A stretch of 36,989 nt of DNA from Candidatus Rokuibacteriota bacterium (GTDB lineage: Bacteria; Methylomirabilota; Methylomirabilia; Rokubacteriales; CSP1-6): the NCBI GenBank assembly GCA_037443505.1, contig JBBIOF010000001.1:1-36989 (forward strand), read 5' to 3'. Shown here piece after piece: positions 34,408 to 36,989 of the stretch. A model generated the notes under the pieces. That model saw nothing but the letters and a program-made list of their open reading frames with translations, made no database searches and was not told where the DNA came from. Within the stretch, counting starts at the first letter, position 1; each line of letters starts with the position of its first letter. Both the position numbers and the translations under genes were made by a program.

Positions 34408-34416
34408 GCCCCCGCG

Positions 34417-35640
34417 ATGGCGCTCATCGTCCAGAAGTACGGCGGCTCCTCGGTGGCGGACGCCGAGAAGATCCGGAACGTGGCCCGCCGGGTGGCCGAG
34501 CACGCCGCCGGCAACCGCCTGGTAGTGGTCGTCTCGGCCATGGGCAAGACCACCGACGGCCTGGTCTCGCTCGCCCACCAGGTGACGCCGGCGCCCGACC
34601 CCCGCGAGATGGACATGCTGCTGGCCACGGGCGAGCAGGTCACCATCGCGCTCCTGGCCATGGCGCTCCACGGGCTGGGGCTCCGGGCCCGCTCCTTCAC
34701 CGGCCCGCAGGTCGGCATGCGCACCGACACCGCCCACACCCGGGCCCGGATCACCCGCATCACCGCCGACCGGGTGCGGCGGGCGCTCGACGCCGGCGAG
34801 ATCGCGGTGGTGGCCGGCTTCCAGGGGCTCAGCGAGGAGGAGGAGATCACCACGCTGGGCCGGGGCGGCTCCGACCTCACGGCGGTGGCCCTGGCGGCGG
34901 CGCTGGCGGCCGACGTGTGCGAGATCTACACCGACGTGGACGGGGTCTACACCGCCGACCCCAACATCGTCCCCGACGCCAGGAAGCTCGCCCGCATCAC
35001 CTACGACGAGATGCTGGAGCTGGCGAGCCTGGGCGCCAAGGTGCTGCAGGCCCGGTCGGTGGAGTTCGCCAAGAAGTACGGCGTGCCGGTCCACGTGCGG
35101 TCCACGTTCAAGCCCGACCCGGGCACGCTGGTCACGAGAGAGGAGCACGGGATGGAAGACGTGGTGGTCACCGGGGTGACCCACGACCGGAGCCAGGCCA
35201 AGATCTCGATCCTGCGGGTCCCCGACCGCCCGGGGATCGCCGCCCAGGTGTTCGGCGCCATCGCCGAGAACAACATCGTGGTGGACATGATCGTCCAGAA
35301 CATCAGCCGGGACGGCTACACGGACATGTCCTTCACCGTACCCCGCGGCGACCACGCCCGGGCCGTGGCGGCGCTCGACGAGGTGGCCAGGAAGGTGGGC
35401 GCCCAGGGCATCGTGCACGACGAGCGGGTCGCCAAGGTCTCCATCGTGGGGGTGGGCATGCGCAGCCACTCGGGGGTGGCCTCCCGCATGTTCGCGGCGC
35501 TGGCCCGGGAGGGCATCAACATCCAGATGATCTCCACCTCGGAGATCGCCGTCTCCTGCGTCATCGACGACAAGTACGCGGAGCTGGCGGTGCGCACGCT
35601 CCACGAAGCGTTCGACCTGGGCCGGGAGGCCCGGCGGTGA
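34417..35640 (+). CDS. lysC: Aspartate kinase (monofunctional, two ACT domains)
   Basis: 407-aa ORF: [19 protein letters not shown]...[12 protein letters not shown]...[18 protein letters not shown]...[16 protein letters not shown] repeats lie in the C-terminal 160 aa. Confidence 0.93.
   Translation: MALIVQKYGGSSVADAEKIRNVARRVAEHAAGNRLVVVVSAMGKTTDGLVSLAHQVTPAPDPREMDMLLATGEQVTIALLAMALHGLGLRARSFTGPQVGMRTDTAHTRARITRITADRVRRALDAGEIAVVAGFQGLSEEEEITTLGRGGSDLTAVALAAALAADVCEIYTDVDGVYTADPNIVPDARKLARITYDEMLELASLGAKVLQARSVEFAKKYGVPVHVRSTFKPDPGTLVTREEHGMEDVVVTGVTHDRSQAKISILRVPDRPGIAAQVFGAIAENNIVVDMIVQNISRDGYTDMSFTVPRGDHARAVAALDEVARKVGAQGIVHDERVAKVSIVGVGMRSHSGVASRMFAALAREGINIQMISTSEIAVSCVIDDKYAELAVRTLHEAFDLGREARR
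35152..35640 (+). CDS. lysC: Possible in-frame aspartokinase beta subunit (internal start)
   Basis: ATG 35152 (codon 246, in frame) is preceded by GAGAGAGGAG, which ends 6 nt upstream. The product [12 protein letters not shown]... would begin exactly at the ACT-domain region. Confidence 0.4.
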   Translation: MEDVVVTGVTHDRSQAKISILRVPDRPGIAAQVFGAIAENNIVVDMIVQNISRDGYTDMSFTVPRGDHARAVAALDEVARKVGAQGIVHDERVAKVSIVGVGMRSHSGVASRMFAALAREGINIQMISTSEIAVSCVIDDKYAELAVRTLHEAFDLGREARR

Positions 35641-36749
35641 GCGCCACCGGGCGGGCGGCGGTCTTCCTGGGCCCCGGCAAGCCCTTCCAGATCCGCGAGC
35701 TGCCGCTGCCGGAGGTGGAGCCCGACGCGGTCCTCATCCGGGTGAGCCTGGCCAACGTCTGCGGCTCCGACCTCCACTTCTGGCGGGGCGACGCGCCGCT
35801 CCGCCTGCCGGAGGACGGGTGGATCTTCGGGCACGAGATGACGGGCCGGGTGGCCCGCCTGGGGTCGCGGGTGAAGACCGACTCGCTGGGCCGGCCCCTG
35901 GCCGAGGGCGACCGCGTGGCGTACACGTACTTCTACCCGTGCGGCCGCTGCCACGCGTGCCTGAACAACCGGCCCGCCGCCTGCCCGGCGAAGATCGAGC
36001 GTCCCCTCGGGCCCTCGCAGTTCCCGCACTTCCACGGGGCGTTCGCGGAGTACTACTACCTCCGGCCGCGCGGCGCCATCTTCAAGGTGCCGGACGAGCT
36101 GCCCGACGAGCTGGTGGCCCCGGTCAACTGCGCGCTGTCCCAGGTGATCTTCGGCCTCGCCCAGGCGGGCCTGCGCCTGGGCGACAGCGTCCTCATCCAG
36201 GGCGCCGGCGGGCTCGGCCTCCAGGCCGCGGCGGTGGCCAGGGACATGGGGGCCCAGACGGTCATCGTGGTGGACCGGATCCCGGGACGCCTCGCGCTGG
36301 CCCGCGCCTTCGGCGCCGACCACACCATCGACGCGCGCGAGGTCGCCGACCGCAAGGCGCGCATCGACCTGGTCCGGAAGCTCACCGGGGGCGGCGCCGA
36401 CGTGGCCTGCGACTTCGTGGGCTTCCCCGAGGTGATCGCGGAGGGGATCGAGATGCTGCGCTCCGGCGGCACCTACCTGGAGGTAGGCACCATCAGCCGC
36501 GGCGCCCGGGTGGAGCTGGAACCCTCGCTCCTGGTGTGGGGCTCCAAGCGGATCGTCGGGATGATCCAGTACGACCCGTGGGTGATCCCCCGGGCGCTCG
36601 ACTTCCTGGTGCGCAACCGGACCCGGTGGCCCTTCGACCGGCTGCTCTCGCACCGGTACCCGCTGGAGGCGATCGACCGCGCCTTCGCGGAGTCCGAGTG
36701 GCGCGCGAAGGACGCGACGGCGATCACCCGGGCGGCGCTGGTTCCCTAG
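35637..36749 (+). CDS. Zinc-dependent medium-chain dehydrogenase/reductase (threonine/sorbitol dehydrogenase-like)
   Basis: C-terminal 370 codons of ORF 33567..36749. GTG 35637 overlaps the lysC stop (GTGA). It has CGSDLH and GHEMTG (catalytic Zn), structural-Zn [15 protein letters not shown], and the GAGGLGL Rossmann motif. Confidence 0.88.
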   Translation: MSATGRAAVFLGPGKPFQIRELPLPEVEPDAVLIRVSLANVCGSDLHFWRGDAPLRLPEDGWIFGHEMTGRVARLGSRVKTDSLGRPLAEGDRVAYTYFYPCGRCHACLNNRPAACPAKIERPLGPSQFPHFHGAFAEYYYLRPRGAIFKVPDELPDELVAPVNCALSQVIFGLAQAGLRLGDSVLIQGAGGLGLQAAAVARDMGAQTVIVVDRIPGRLALARAFGADHTIDAREVADRKARIDLVRKLTGGGADVACDFVGFPEVIAEGIEMLRSGGTYLEVGTISRGARVELEPSLLVWGSKRIVGMIQYDPWVIPRALDFLVRNRTRWPFDRLLSHRYPLEAIDRAFAESEWRAKDATAITRAALVP

Positions 36750-36836
36750 CGTCCGCTACACCAGCCCCTGGGCCCGTAAGGCGTCAGGATTTTTCGACTC
36801 TAGTCGGCGGCCGCGGCGGCGTGCCATCGTCGCCGC

Positions 36837-36989
36837 GTGGCCCTCTACGGTCGCCGCCAGCTCGTGCTGCTGCTCCTGCTCCTCGCCATGGCCGGCGCCG
36901 GCCTCGCCATCGACCGCTGGCGCCATGCCTACCCCGAGCTGGCGGACCGGCTCGAGCGGCTCGACCTCGAGCCCGAGGCCCGGGGCGGC
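36837..36989 (+). CDS. Hypothetical membrane-anchored protein, 5' fragment (runs off the right edge)
   Basis: Not in the ORF track. GTG 36837 opens a G/C3-rich frame: VALYGRRQLVLLLLLLAMAGAGLAIDRWRHAYPELADRLERLDLEPEARGG. It has an N-terminal TM segment. I recognise no homology. Confidence 0.3.
   Translation, partial: MALYGRRQLVLLLLLLAMAGAGLAIDRWRHAYPELADRLERLDLEPEARGG

Noticed and set aside
34299-34416. Lysine (L-box) riboswitch or other leader RNA upstream of lysC.
   Set aside because: The intergenic region is only 118 nt and is shared with a divergent promoter. That is too short for an ~180-nt L-box, and I saw no conserved L-box helices.
33567-35636. First 690 codons of the 1060-aa ORF 33567..36749 (+), which would make a giant protein spanning the E1 alpha and lysC regions.
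   Set aside because: Only the last 370 codons (from GTG 35637) show Zn-dehydrogenase motifs. The upstream part is antisense to E1 alpha and out of frame with lysC, both of which have clear motifs.
36750-36806. The only T-run in the window (ATTTTT, 36789-36794), downstream of the dehydrogenase stop. I considered it as an intrinsic terminator, together with the nearby inverted repeat CGACT-CT-AGTCG (36795-36806).
   Set aside because: I could not find a stem longer than 4 bp immediately upstream of the T-run. The inverted repeat has 5-bp arms with a 2-nt spacer, which is too tight for an RNA hairpin, and it occurs only once.

Overview
This is a 36,989-bp, very GC-rich segment (about 70% by eye, with third codon positions nearly saturated with G/C). 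It looks like ordinary chromosomal DNA from a diderm bacterium, since it carries a BamD lipoprotein. The mix of F420/LLM oxidoreductase, TAXI-TRAP and many Liv-type ABC genes resembles soil lineages such as Rokubacteria/Methylomirabilota or Deltaproteobacteria. That taxonomic guess is inference only. I found no rRNA, tRNA, CRISPR array, transposase, integrase or phage genes.

I support about 38 protein-coding genes in co-directional, tightly packed blocks:
- (1) Minus strand, 5856->1: 2-hydroxyacid dehydrogenase, DUF1445 (D-glutamate-cyclase family), PxpB, PxpC, class-III aminotransferase, PxpA, then a lipoprotein.
- (2) A methyltransferase lying divergent to a PAT-like GNAT, followed by a CBS protein.
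- (3) Minus strand, 12084->7851: LarA-like/DUF2088 protein, TAXI-TRAP binding protein, fused TRAP permease, and a possible 32-aa membrane peptide.
- (4) Plus strand: bamD, ltaE, two Opp/Dpp-type ATPases with no permeases, and an alpha/beta hydrolase.
- (5) Minus strand: an M23 peptidase and a secreted pectate-lyase-fold protein with an odd tail.
- (6) Plus strand: aminotransferase, hom, thrC and a UPF0104 membrane protein.
- (7) Minus strand, 34298->24414: an 11-gene operon of E1 alpha, E1 beta, a free 79-aa lipoyl domain, an atypical M24 hydrolase, an LLM oxidoreductase, a five-component Liv-type ABC importer and an SDR.
- (8) Plus strand: lysC translationally coupled to a Zn-dependent dehydrogenase.

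The most interesting items:
- The E1/lipoyl-carrier/M24/LLM/ABC operon lacks both an E2 core and an E3.
- The pxp operon is interrupted by a class-III aminotransferase and led by DUF1445.
- A single in-frame TGA separates DUF1445 from PxpB, and PxpB probably starts at a CTG.
- Several AT-rich -10-like hexamers (recurrent TGGTAnnnT) stand out in the GC-rich sequence, some only 6-9 nt upstream of start codons, which would give leaderless mRNAs.

All product calls rest on motifs I recognise in the translations. No database search was possible.
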